In this document: positions 7,126 through 14,173 of the stretch, one piece after another
Layout of the letters: each line of letters opens with the position of its first letter
Position numbering within the stretch: the first letter of the stretch is position 1
Assembly: GCA_963759775.1 (NCBI GenBank)
Contig: CAVXAH010000001.1
Span: forward strand, 104,787 to 142,681
Direction of reading: 5' to 3'
DNA length: 37,895 bases
Source of the DNA: an uncultured bacterium
Lineage (GTDB): Bacteria; Patescibacteriota; Minisyncoccia; Phycocordibacterales; Phycocordibacteraceae
Made by a program: the position numbers and the translations under genes
Notes under the pieces: model-generated
The model's database searches: none
Seen by the model: only the letters and a program-made list of their open reading frames with translations
Told to the model about the DNA's origin: nothing

Positions 7126-7130
7126 TTCAT
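7017..7130 (-). CDS. element-spanning micro-ORF (37 codons) MNPVRNRGRCRGRDTGLFTSFYRIGFGRNIFASASYF
   Basis: The frame is open from the duplicated ATG (7128-7130) to the TAA inside the distal terminus, 4 nt before the hpf ATG. The peptide is conserved with that of element C. Confidence 0.4.
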   Translation of the reverse strand: MNPVRNRGRCRGRDTGLFTSFYRIGFGRNIFASASYF

Positions 7131-7161
7131 ACGAGACAGTATAGCATTTGATCTGTTTTTA

Positions 7162-7386
7162 TTACGAAATGGAAAATATTTTGTTTGGGGAGCGGAATCC
7201 CGCGACGAGCCGAAGTTTCCCCGGTACCACTTTCAATTCGCGCGCGAGGACGACTTTCACGCGTTCATTTGCAAGGTTTTGTTTTGCTGGCTCCTTCACT
7301 GCGATAGAAAACGTCGTTTCGTCTACCCTCTCAACCTTTTCGCGCTTCGCGCCAGGCATAACCTTCACCTTCACGTATCCACTCAT
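7162..7386 (-). CDS. DUF167 (YggU-family) protein
   Basis: The 74-aa sequence MSGYVKVKVMPGAKREKVE...LKVVPGKLRLVAGFRSPNKIF is characteristic of DUF167. Confidence 0.75.
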   Translation of the reverse strand: MSGYVKVKVMPGAKREKVERVDETTFSIAVKEPAKQNLANERVKVVLARELKVVPGKLRLVAGFRSPNKIFSIS

Positions 7387-7502
7387 CCCGTTAGAGATAG
7401 GGTACGAGCGTAGATGAACGCATCGGACTCCCATCGTGATTAGATCTTATAAAAACGGCATACCGTCGATCCTGTGTGCCGTGCCCGCTATCTCTAACGG
7501 GA
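7387..7502 (-). mobile_element. MITE-like short element B (116 bp)
   Basis: Termini are CCCGTTAGAGATAG (7387-7400) and ATCTCTAACGGG-A (7490-7502). CTCAT flanks both ends (7382-7386 and 7503-7507). Confidence 0.7.
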
Positions 7503-7507
7503 CTCAT
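7391..7507 (-). CDS. element-spanning micro-ORF (38 codons) MSPVRDSGHGTQDRRYAVFIRSNHDGSPMRSSTLVPYL
   Basis: The frame is open from an ATG that overlaps the glutaredoxin-like stop (ATGA) to the TAA 4 nt before the DUF167 ATG. Confidence 0.35.
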   Translation of the reverse strand: MSPVRDSGHGTQDRRYAVFIRSNHDGSPMRSSTLVPYL

Positions 7508-7749
7508 ACCTCTTGTTTATGGTAGTGCTTCTCTAGATAGCCAACGATATCCCTTGATTCATACATTTCAACGTTGCGCACGGGGTCTACTAAATACGGC
7601 ACCTGTTGCTTACCGCCGCGCTCAATAAGCTCTTTCGCATGCACGGGATTAGCGATGTTTTTCATTTCAAGCACAAGGCCAAGTGCATTTGCCGCGTGTA
7701 AAACATCTACGCAGTGCGAACATGTGGGGCGCATGTAGAGCGTGAGCAT
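7504..7749 (-). CDS. glutaredoxin-like thiol-disulfide protein
   Basis: 81 aa with a CSHC redox motif near the N-terminus and VPYL..D in the expected thioredoxin-fold position. Confidence 0.75.
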   Translation of the reverse strand: MLTLYMRPTCSHCVDVLHAANALGLVLEMKNIANPVHAKELIERGGKQQVPYLVDPVRNVEMYESRDIVGYLEKHYHKQEV

Positions 7750-7843
7750 GCTCGCACTATAACAAGCAATCGGACTTTCCTGCTCGTCAATTTTCCGCTA
7801 GAATGCCCGCACGCCCTTTGGGGCGCGTTTAGTTAGAAAGTAT

Positions 7844-8140
7844 TCCGGGATAGCTCAATGGTAGAGCAGCGCCCTGTGGCTTACGCAGCTTCCAGAGGAA
7901 ACTCTGGTCGAATAACAAGGTGAATTCGGGGAAACCCTCCCCTGCCAATCGGCAGACGGGCAATCCCGAGCCAAGCTCCGACGCATTGTCGGAGAAGGTG
8001 TAGAGACTATCCCTTCGGGGAGTAGGCCGTAAGGCCGAAGCGCCTTGCACCCTTCGGGGTGATGATATAGTCCATCCCTTTTGGAAAACTTAAGGAACGA
8101 TGTAAGGCGTTGGTTGTAGGTTCGAGTCCTACTCCCGGAG
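7844..8140 (+). tRNA. tRNA-Asn(GUU) interrupted by a group I intron in the anticodon loop
   Basis: Acceptor stem TCCGGGA/TCCCGGA, D arm GCTC-AATGGTA-GAGC, anticodon stem GCGCC/GGCGT and T arm GTAGG-TTCGAGT-CCTAC are all present. The spliced loop reads CTGT|TAA (CUGUUAA, as in E. coli tRNA-Asn) and the discriminator is G. Confidence 0.85.
7878..8102 (+). ncRNA. group I intron, IC3-like (225 nt, no ORF)
   Basis: P1 forms as CUGU/GCAG with a U.G pair at the 5' splice site, and the terminal G precedes the 3' exon. The core strings AATTCGGGGAAACC, GAGCCAAGCTCCG, GAAGGTGTAGAGACTA and CTTAAGGAACGATG closely resemble the Azoarcus and cyanobacterial tRNA introns as I recall them. Confidence 0.8.
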
Positions 8141-8145
8141 CCGAG

Positions 8146-8185
8146 GAAAAATGAAAACGCCCCGCAAGGGGCATTTTCATTTTCT
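8146..8185 (+). terminator. hairpin terminator after the tRNA
   Basis: The stem GAAAAATGAAAACGCCCC-GCAA-GGGGCATTTTCATTTTC has a T-rich 3' arm. Confidence 0.55.
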
Positions 8186-8233
8186 CCGAGGCGAACGGGA
8201 GAAAGCGCGCATGCGCTTACTACCAGAGCTTCC

Positions 8234-8270
8234 GGGGCTTTTTGTTTTTCGAGGATGCGACCGGGAGAAA
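8234..8270. repeat. 37-nt exact repeat, copy 1 (GGGGCTTTTTGTTTTTCGAGGATGCGACCGGGAGAAA)
   Basis: It is identical to 9453-9489. It forms part of ~80-nt units that begin with copies of the tRNA 3'-end 12-mer. Confidence 0.8.
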
Positions 8271-8331
8271 ACAAAGCGAAGCGACTTTACTCCCGGAGCG
8301 CCCCGCACAGGTAGAGGTAATTTGATTTCCC

Positions 8332-8814
8332 TCACCGCGCTTGTGACAAATCGGCAGAATTGAAGAGAACGCCAAACGTTTTACACCACGTCAGTACATA
8401 GGGGTATTGCGACACATCTACGCCAGCAGGAATTTCATAGTTGATATTGCCCTCGGTTGCCTTGACCTTGCCGAGGCTCACGAACTCCTTTGCTCCCAAG
8501 TCTTTGGACAGATACACGTAGATGTCCGGGCCGTTTATTGTCTGGAAGTTTTCGTAGCGCACGTATTTTTTGCCATCGGCTTCGACAATCCGCGCGGTAC
8601 CGGAGGCCGGATGCCCTGTGGTGCCTGTGACTTGCGCCGATGCCACTTGCGGTTGTTGCCCACTGGTCGGCGTTTGTGTCTGACTCGTCGTTGGCAGCGC
8701 ATCATCCGCTTTTATATTTCTGAAAAGCGGCGAAATGGCGTAGTACGCAAACGAAAGGATGACCACAGTAACGCCACATATGGTCGCTATAAGAATTAGC
8801 TTGTGAGTATTCAT
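8332..8814 (-). CDS. DM13-domain protein with an N-terminal membrane anchor
   Basis: The C-terminal block GHPASGTARIVE..KYVRYENFQTINGPDIYVYLSKD...YPYVLTWCKTFGVLFNSADL looks like a DM13 domain. The likely start is MNTHKLILIA. Confidence 0.6.
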   Translation of the reverse strand: MNTHKLILIATICGVTVVILSFAYYAISPLFRNIKADDALPTTSQTQTPTSGQQPQVASAQVTGTTGHPASGTARIVEADGKKYVRYENFQTINGPDIYVYLSKDLGAKEFVSLGKVKATEGNINYEIPAGVDVSQYPYVLTWCKTFGVLFNSADLSQAR

Positions 8815-8881
8815 AGTACTTATACTAGCAACTTCTGAGCGATTCCGGAGCCTTCGTTCAAATTCGTGATAGCATTTCAGC

Positions 8882-9067
8882 ATGAAAACTCTTAAATGCG
8901 ACTTGTGCGAAACAACAGTGGAGGCTGGGACCTTCGAGAAGTGGATGGAGGCGTTGAAGCCTCATTATTTCAGCATTCACGCTGATGTCATGAAAGATTC
9001 AAGCAAAACTAAAGAGGATATGGAAAAGTGGATGGTCGACAACAAGGCGCGGTTCGACGCTGCCTAA
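8882..9067 (+). CDS. hypothetical small protein (61 aa)
   Basis: The call rests on the ORF alone. It is divergent from the DM13 gene, and I recognise no family. Confidence 0.4.
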   Translation: MKTLKCDLCETTVEAGTFEKWMEALKPHYFSIHADVMKDSSKTKEDMEKWMVDNKARFDAA

Positions 9068-9080
9068 ACCCTCTTGGCTC

Positions 9081-9383
9081 ATGATGCCAAAGAAGACCTA
9101 TAAGATGCGCTCGAAGGTCTGGCCGTATCCTGGTATGGCGGGATGGCGCTTTCTTACCCTCCCCAAAAAACAAGGACAAGCAATTAAGGAGTCCTTTGGT
9201 AAAAACGCCCGCGGGTGGGGCTCGCTCCCCGTTTCGGTAACTATAAGAAAAACAATCTGGAATACCTCCATTTTCCCTGACAAGCAGTCGGGGTCGTATG
9301 TCCTACCACTCAAGGCAAAGGTAAGGAAGGTCGAAAATATATTCGACCATTCAACTATCACGTTTGAGCTCATGCTCCGTTAG
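9081..9383 (+). CDS. DUF1905-domain protein
   Basis: The pattern KVWPYPGMAGWRFLTLPKK...GWGSLPVSVTIRKTIWNTSIFPDKQSGSYVLPLKAKVRK is the typical DUF1905 pattern. Confidence 0.65.
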   Translation: MMPKKTYKMRSKVWPYPGMAGWRFLTLPKKQGQAIKESFGKNARGWGSLPVSVTIRKTIWNTSIFPDKQSGSYVLPLKAKVRKVENIFDHSTITFELMLR

Positions 9384-9433
9384 ATAAGCAGAAGACAAGT
9401 TCGAACATCCTCTACCCAGCGGAGCATCCGAGT

Positions 9434-9468
9434 AAAAACAAAGAGCCCTTTTGGGGCTTTTTGTTTTT
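9434..9468. terminator. bidirectional hairpin terminator between convergent genes
   Basis: The hairpin AAAAACAAAGAGCCC-TTTT-GGGGCTTTTTGTTTTT has an A-tract on one side and a T-tract on the other. Confidence 0.65.
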
Positions 9469-9489
9469 CGAGGATGCGACCGGGAGAAA
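9453..9489. repeat. 37-nt exact repeat, copy 2
   Basis: It is identical to 8234-8270. Confidence 0.8.
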
Positions 9490-9516
9490 GCTGTGCTTAC
9501 TCCCTAGGTCAAGAAA

Positions 9517-10080
9517 CTAAATAGACACCCTGCCCTTTCGTAAAACGATAACTGAATCGTGCTCATCAAATGAGATGAGTGTTGACGATGCGCCGAGACA
9601 CTCCCCACCGTCAAGGTAAAAGTCGACCTGGTCGCCGAAATACGTCTTTGCTTCATCAATAGTTGTCGCTGGTGGTGAACCTTCAGGATTCGCACTCGGT
9701 GCAACGAGGGGACCTGAGACTTTCAAGAACTCTCGGAGCCGAACATCGCCCGGAACACGGAACGCGAGCGTACCCATACCTCGATGGAGATACTGGGGAG
9801 TTCCAGTACCGGAAGGAAGAACGATGCTCACTGCTCCCGGCCAATACTGTGACAACACCTCTTCTTGTTTTTCCGTTGGCTTGATATCAAACAAAGAAAG
9901 CTTCGTGGGTGACGAAATGAGAACAATGCAGGGTTTGGTAGTCGTCCTACCTTTCAAATCATAGACGCGTTCGACAGCCTCTTCGTGGAGTGCAGCGGCA
10001 ACTATCCCATACAGAGTGTCCGTGGAAATTACCCCAATCTTTCCCTGTCGCAACATTTGCGCTTCGGTCATAGGAGCCAT
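9517..10080 (-). CDS. tsaC: L-threonylcarbamoyladenylate synthase (YrdC/TsaC type)
   Basis: The strings VISTDTLYGIVA, YDLKGR...KP and GPLVAPSANPEGSPPATT are YrdC-domain hallmarks. Confidence 0.8.
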   Translation of the reverse strand: MAPMTEAQMLRQGKIGVISTDTLYGIVAAALHEEAVERVYDLKGRTTTKPCIVLISSPTKLSLFDIKPTEKQEEVLSQYWPGAVSIVLPSGTGTPQYLHRGMGTLAFRVPGDVRLREFLKVSGPLVAPSANPEGSPPATTIDEAKTYFGDQVDFYLDGGECLGASSTLISFDEHDSVIVLRKGRVSI

Positions 10081-10166
10081 AATAGACTACGGCAGGCTCC
10101 ATCCACACGGGAAACTCGGACGTACGTGAGAGACGGAATTTCCCGTGCGTAAGGTAAAATACCCCT

Positions 10167-10426
10167 ATGACCGCTAAAAAAATATCCAGTGGTACGGTAC
10201 ATAAACTGCCAGACGGATTTGCGAAAGGCCATTCGTCTCAAACCCGACGGTGCGAGCACTGTGGGAAGACATCACGCCGCTTGCGCGCAATGAGTGGATT
10301 TGCTGGGTTACATCTGGCAAAAAAGAGGAGACGAGAGATATCCGTATCAAGAAGGCGTTCTCAAAACTTAAAGGCGGAATGCGTAGGCCATGTTGTTGGG
10401 CCGGTTGTCCTCATCGCTCCAAGTAA
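10167..10426 (+). pseudogene. YdeI/OmpD-associated-family-like protein, frameshifted
   Basis: The N-terminus MTAKKISSGTVHKLPDGFAK is in frame 1. The conserved C-terminus NPTVRALWEDITPLARNEWICWVTSGKKEETRDIRIKKAFSKLKGGMRRPCCWAGCPHRSK* is in another frame that has no start codon of its own. Confidence 0.55.
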
Positions 10427-10457
10427 CTTTCTCCACTCGGGACTCGTTGGTATAGGT

Positions 10458-10643
10458 ATGATTGAAAAAATCGCACTCAAAGTCTTTTGGATCTTCATGC
10501 TTCTGTGCGCAAGCTCGGCTTTGACGCTTCTGTGGGTGGAAAACATTTTTCCTGAAAAAATCATTGCGACCTTCTTTATTCCAGGCCTTGCGAGCTTCCT
10601 GATCTGGGCACCACTAATAACGTATAGATTCTTGGCAAAATGA
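10458..10643 (+). CDS. small two-TM membrane protein (61 aa)
   Basis: MIEKIALKVFWIFMLLCASSALTLLW...FFIPGLASFLIWAPLI contains two hydrophobic helices. The start codon is uncertain. Confidence 0.4.
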   Translation: MIEKIALKVFWIFMLLCASSALTLLWVENIFPEKIIATFFIPGLASFLIWAPLITYRFLAK

Positions 10644-10647
10644 TTAC

Positions 10648-10839
10648 GTGATGACTAACACAAAGACTATGGATGACAGGCAGGCAATTGTCATTTTAAC
10701 GGCTCTACTGAAGAAACATTCTCTAACAAAAGAAGAAAAAGAGGCTGTTTTGACAGCGATCGGTATTCTTAGTTGGTCTAAGTTATCTGAAGGCCGAATC
10801 AAAGCACTGAAGGCCAGTCGAGACAAAAAGACGCAATAA
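10648..10839 (+). CDS. hypothetical protein (63 aa)
   Basis: The call rests on the ORF alone. Confidence 0.35.
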   Translation: MMTNTKTMDDRQAIVILTALLKKHSLTKEEKEAVLTAIGILSWSKLSEGRIKALKASRDKKTQ

Positions 10840-10938
10840 TTCAAACATTCTCTGTCCAGTCGGAGATTGATTTATGAGAGGGTTGGAGTATAACAAAACC
10901 GGAGCAGTACCCTTTCAACTACAGACGAGGAGGTTCAC

Positions 10939-11577
10939 GTGCCTGCGCAAGTATTACCCGACGTCGAATCGTTCGGGCGTTTCAGAGACGCGCTTATACG
11001 GCGCGACTTCCGGGAAATGTCCCACATTGAGTTCAGGAGGGATTTCGAGCGACTAGACCTTAGGGCTCCCTCTCCTCGTGAAGGAAGAGAGGTCGGGCTT
11101 CAGTTCTTCGCAAACGGACTTCAGGTAGTGGTGTGGACGACTTTTCTCATCGGACAAGATTATGCCCGAGACCAGGATGCTGGCTGGGTCTTGATCAAGG
11201 ACGGCGATAGGGCGCGCTACTTCAAGATCTTTCACCGCACCAAAAACTTCCTTCACAGACTCGGCTGTTATGCGGTAATTGCGAAGGAGCGTGCGGTGCT
11301 TCGGCCGCTCTGTCCCAAATGCCGCCGGCGAATGAACATCGTCTACGGCAAGGGAATGAAGTCTCGTTTCTGGGGCTGCACTTCCCGTTCTCATGCCGAA
11401 CCTGCTTGGCTCTCATGGGATCACGGTCTTCCGGAAGCAATGCTCAAGTTCCTTAAGAAGGACCGGAGAAATAGCGCCCGTCGTCGTGCTCAAAGTCGGG
11501 CGGAAGGCAAATCGCCAGGAGCTGCGATACACCGACGTATTGGATGGATAAAAGGCCGACCAGAAAATGCTGTTTAG
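10939..11577 (+). CDS. hypothetical protein with a topoisomerase-type zinc ribbon
   Basis: 212 aa with a GTG start. CPKCRRRMNIVYGKGMKSRFWGCTSRSH resembles the Zn-ribbon of the topo I / YrdD family. The tail is basic. Confidence 0.5.
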   Translation: MPAQVLPDVESFGRFRDALIRRDFREMSHIEFRRDFERLDLRAPSPREGREVGLQFFANGLQVVVWTTFLIGQDYARDQDAGWVLIKDGDRARYFKIFHRTKNFLHRLGCYAVIAKERAVLRPLCPKCRRRMNIVYGKGMKSRFWGCTSRSHAEPAWLSWDHGLPEAMLKFLKKDRRNSARRRAQSRAEGKSPGAAIHRRIGWIKGRPENAV

Positions 11578-11581
11578 GTTG

Positions 11582-11610
11582 CCCCCGAGCTTGCTCGGGG
11601 GTTTGTTTTT
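11582..11610 (+). terminator. rho-independent terminator
   Basis: The stem CCCCCGAG-CTTG-CTCGGGGG is followed by TTTGTTTTT. Confidence 0.75.
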
Positions 11611-11685
11611 GAAGACAGCGACCTACATCTTCATGATTTCTACCGGGTATACTAACTATGATTACTGTACTAACCGCAAACTAAC

Positions 11686-12036
11686 ATGAAAAAATTCTTG
11701 GTTTTGTTTTTCGCGCCTAGTTCGGTACTCGACGATTGGATGAAAAAAGATGCCGAGACAAGGAAAACAGAAGAAGCGAAGATGAGCGGTGAGTGGCAAG
11801 CGTGGACGAAAGAGAATGAAAAAATGCTGGTCGACGCGCCCGCGGGAGCTGGCAAGGTGAAGCGCGTCACCTCAAGTGGCGTTTCCGATGAGAGAAACGA
11901 CGTGATGATGTATGCGGTCGTGCAAGCTGAGTCGCCTGAAGCGGCGGCAAAAGCGTTTGAAAGCCATCCGCATTTGCAGATTCCAGAATCTTCAATCGAA
12001 ATAATGCCGATTAATTACTTGCCGGGAATGAAGTAG
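11686..12036 (+). CDS. hypothetical protein (116 aa)
   Basis: The ORF has a plausible start. I recognise no family. Confidence 0.45.
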   Translation: MKKFLVLFFAPSSVLDDWMKKDAETRKTEEAKMSGEWQAWTKENEKMLVDAPAGAGKVKRVTSSGVSDERNDVMMYAVVQAESPEAAAKAFESHPHLQIPESSIEIMPINYLPGMK

Positions 12037-12064
12037 CTCAACTACGTACTGATATACTTGTTTC

Positions 12065-12493
12065 ATGAATAAAATACTTATTGCGGCAGCCGTGTTTGCG
12101 GTTCTTGGAGGGGGCACGTACGTATACCAGACATCCTCCCCTGCGGACGAAAAGAAAAGTGCAGTAACCGCCGACCAACTTTCGTGGGAATTTACCAATC
12201 GCGGCGAAGACACGGAAACGTCTGCGCCGAGAACACAAGTCACTTTGCATGTGGCGACAAAGGCGTACGACCTCGGAACCTATACGGGAAGTTGTTTTGA
12301 TATGAAAGGGTCAAGTTGGAGTCTTTCGGAGAACGAAGTTGCGGGGGCTATCTGTTGGTGGGCCGGCGGCGGAAAGGAAATCGGCGTATTCAAAGAAAAT
12401 GGCGGCCTCGTGGTGAAAGTCGGCGACCTTGATGAGGGTTCAGAAGAAACTCCTGGTTTCCGTGGCAACTTTAAGACAAAAATCAGCCTCTAA
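12065..12493 (+). CDS. hypothetical secreted/anchored protein (142 aa)
   Basis: The N-terminus has a hydrophobic segment, MNKILIAAAVFAVLGGG. Confidence 0.5.
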   Translation: MNKILIAAAVFAVLGGGTYVYQTSSPADEKKSAVTADQLSWEFTNRGEDTETSAPRTQVTLHVATKAYDLGTYTGSCFDMKGSSWSLSENEVAGAICWWAGGGKEIGVFKENGGLVVKVGDLDEGSEETPGFRGNFKTKISL

Positions 12494-12504
12494 ACAAAAT
12501 AGCT

Positions 12505-13497
12505 ATGTACTCAATTAAAACGCTCGTTAGTTTGCTCGGAGGAGTTCTTGTGCTTGGGGGAGCTGCTTATGTCGCTTCTTCAGATTCTTCTCCAAAAACC
12601 ACGCCTGAAGAGGTATTCGCGGCGGCCCTAGAAAAAACCCTGCACATTGAAACAACCCACTTTAAGCAGACGACGACTCTCGCGCTTACAAATCTCGATA
12701 TCGGTGCGGTCATGAACTTCAGTGGCTCAAAAGCAAATTTAGGAAAGACCCAAACTCCTGGGGAGCTGGCCATTACCGTCGTCGGCGATGTTGACCTTAA
12801 GGATTTCGCCCATCTCAAAAGCTCATTTGCGGTGACCGGAAATGCACACGGACTCGCATCTACCGATCCTTCCTATCCCTTCTCCATTGAAGTCCGACAA
12901 GACAGCGACATGGCGTACCTGCGAGTTCTTGACCTGCCCGCTCCGCTCAAAGTCTTTGCTGGCACTTTTCTGAATCAGTGGATTTCAATTCCCATTGATA
13001 AGTCTTCACTTCCCTCTCCTCTCCAAAAAACGCTTACCGAAGAACAGAAAGTCGAGATGCAGAAAGCAATCATGGAGTCGAAGGTGGTGTCGATCGTGAG
13101 CGAGCTTCCGGGTGAAAAAGTCGGTGGTGTTTCTACGCGCGTGTTTATTCTCGCTCTCGACACGGACAGAGCACTCTCTCTTGTCGTTCGTCTTCAAGAG
13201 ATAGTCGGCACTCCGCTTTCTGTAAAAGATAAAGCGCGCCTTGCAAAGGACATGGAAGCGACAATGTTCGGTGAAGTAAAAATCTGGATAGGAGCGCGCG
13301 ACCAGTACCCTTATAAAATTGTGGTTTCCGGTAGCGGAGACGACCCAACGACAACAGCTCACGAAGGAAACACCTTCGCGCACACACTTGAGCTCGGAAA
13401 TATCAATAAACCCATACACGTTGAGATTCCGACTGACGCAAGACCGATTGAGGAAATTATGGGTGAGCTTTTTGGTGGGATGATGCAAAACCGCTAG
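12505..13497 (+). CDS. hypothetical secreted/anchored protein (330 aa)
   Basis: The N-terminus has a TM/signal segment, LVSLLGGVLVLGGAAYVA. Confidence 0.5.
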   Translation: MYSIKTLVSLLGGVLVLGGAAYVASSDSSPKTTPEEVFAAALEKTLHIETTHFKQTTTLALTNLDIGAVMNFSGSKANLGKTQTPGELAITVVGDVDLKDFAHLKSSFAVTGNAHGLASTDPSYPFSIEVRQDSDMAYLRVLDLPAPLKVFAGTFLNQWISIPIDKSSLPSPLQKTLTEEQKVEMQKAIMESKVVSIVSELPGEKVGGVSTRVFILALDTDRALSLVVRLQEIVGTPLSVKDKARLAKDMEATMFGEVKIWIGARDQYPYKIVVSGSGDDPTTTAHEGNTFAHTLELGNINKPIHVEIPTDARPIEEIMGELFGGMMQNR

Positions 13498-14171
13498 GAA
13501 TTTTTTGTCTCAGAGATTATCTTCCCGTCGTCAAGTCGTATCACTTTCTGCGCAAGCGCCGCGTATTGCTCCTCGTGGGTAACCATAATAATGGTCTGCC
13601 CTGCGCGATGGAGCTCTTGAAACATTCCCATAATCACTTTCGCGGATTGGTTATCCAAGTTTGCGGTCGGTTCATCAGCAAAAAGTATCGCCGGCTTATG
13701 GGCAATTGCGCGCACAATAGAAACTCGTTGTTGCTCGCCACCCGAGAGCTGTGAAGGAGGATTTTCAAGACGGTCGGCAAGTCCGGCGCGATGAAGCTGA
13801 TCAATGGATTCTGCGTATGCATCCGCTTTTGATTTACCTTGCATGAGAAGCGGCAAAGCCACGTTCTCAAGAGCGGTGAGTTCCGGCAAAAGCGCATAGT
13901 CTTGGAAGACGTAGCCGAACTTCACCAGGCGGAAGCGCATTTTTTCTTCCGCGGACATGGTGTGCGTGTTGTGGCCGTCAATAATCACTTCCCCACTAGT
14001 CGGATCATCAAGCAGGCTCATCTGATACAGCAGAGTGCTTTTACCTGCGCCCGAGCGCCCCATAATAGCGACAAACTCGCCGCCCTGCGCCTTAAAATCA
14101 ATTCCCTTCAGCACAGGTGTTACGGCGTCGCCGTCTTTAAATGCCTTTGTGAGATTTTTGGTGGTAATCAT
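13494..14171 (-). CDS. ABC transporter ATP-binding protein (MacB/LolD type)
   Basis: Walker A is GRSGAGKST, the signature is LSGGEQQR and Walker B is ILFADEPT. The start is taken at MITTKNLTKAF, just after the permease stop. Confidence 0.88.
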   Translation of the reverse strand: MITTKNLTKAFKDGDAVTPVLKGIDFKAQGGEFVAIMGRSGAGKSTLLYQMSLLDDPTSGEVIIDGHNTHTMSAEEKMRFRLVKFGYVFQDYALLPELTALENVALPLLMQGKSKADAYAESIDQLHRAGLADRLENPPSQLSGGEQQRVSIVRAIAHKPAILFADEPTANLDNQSAKVIMGMFQELHRAGQTIIMVTHEEQYAALAQKVIRLDDGKIISETKNS

Positions 14172-14173
14172 GG

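Noticed and set aside
10167-10643. The 158-aa track ORF could be read as one gene.
   Set aside because: After about 19 codons it is the wrong frame of a YdeI-like gene, and it then runs into a separate small membrane ORF.
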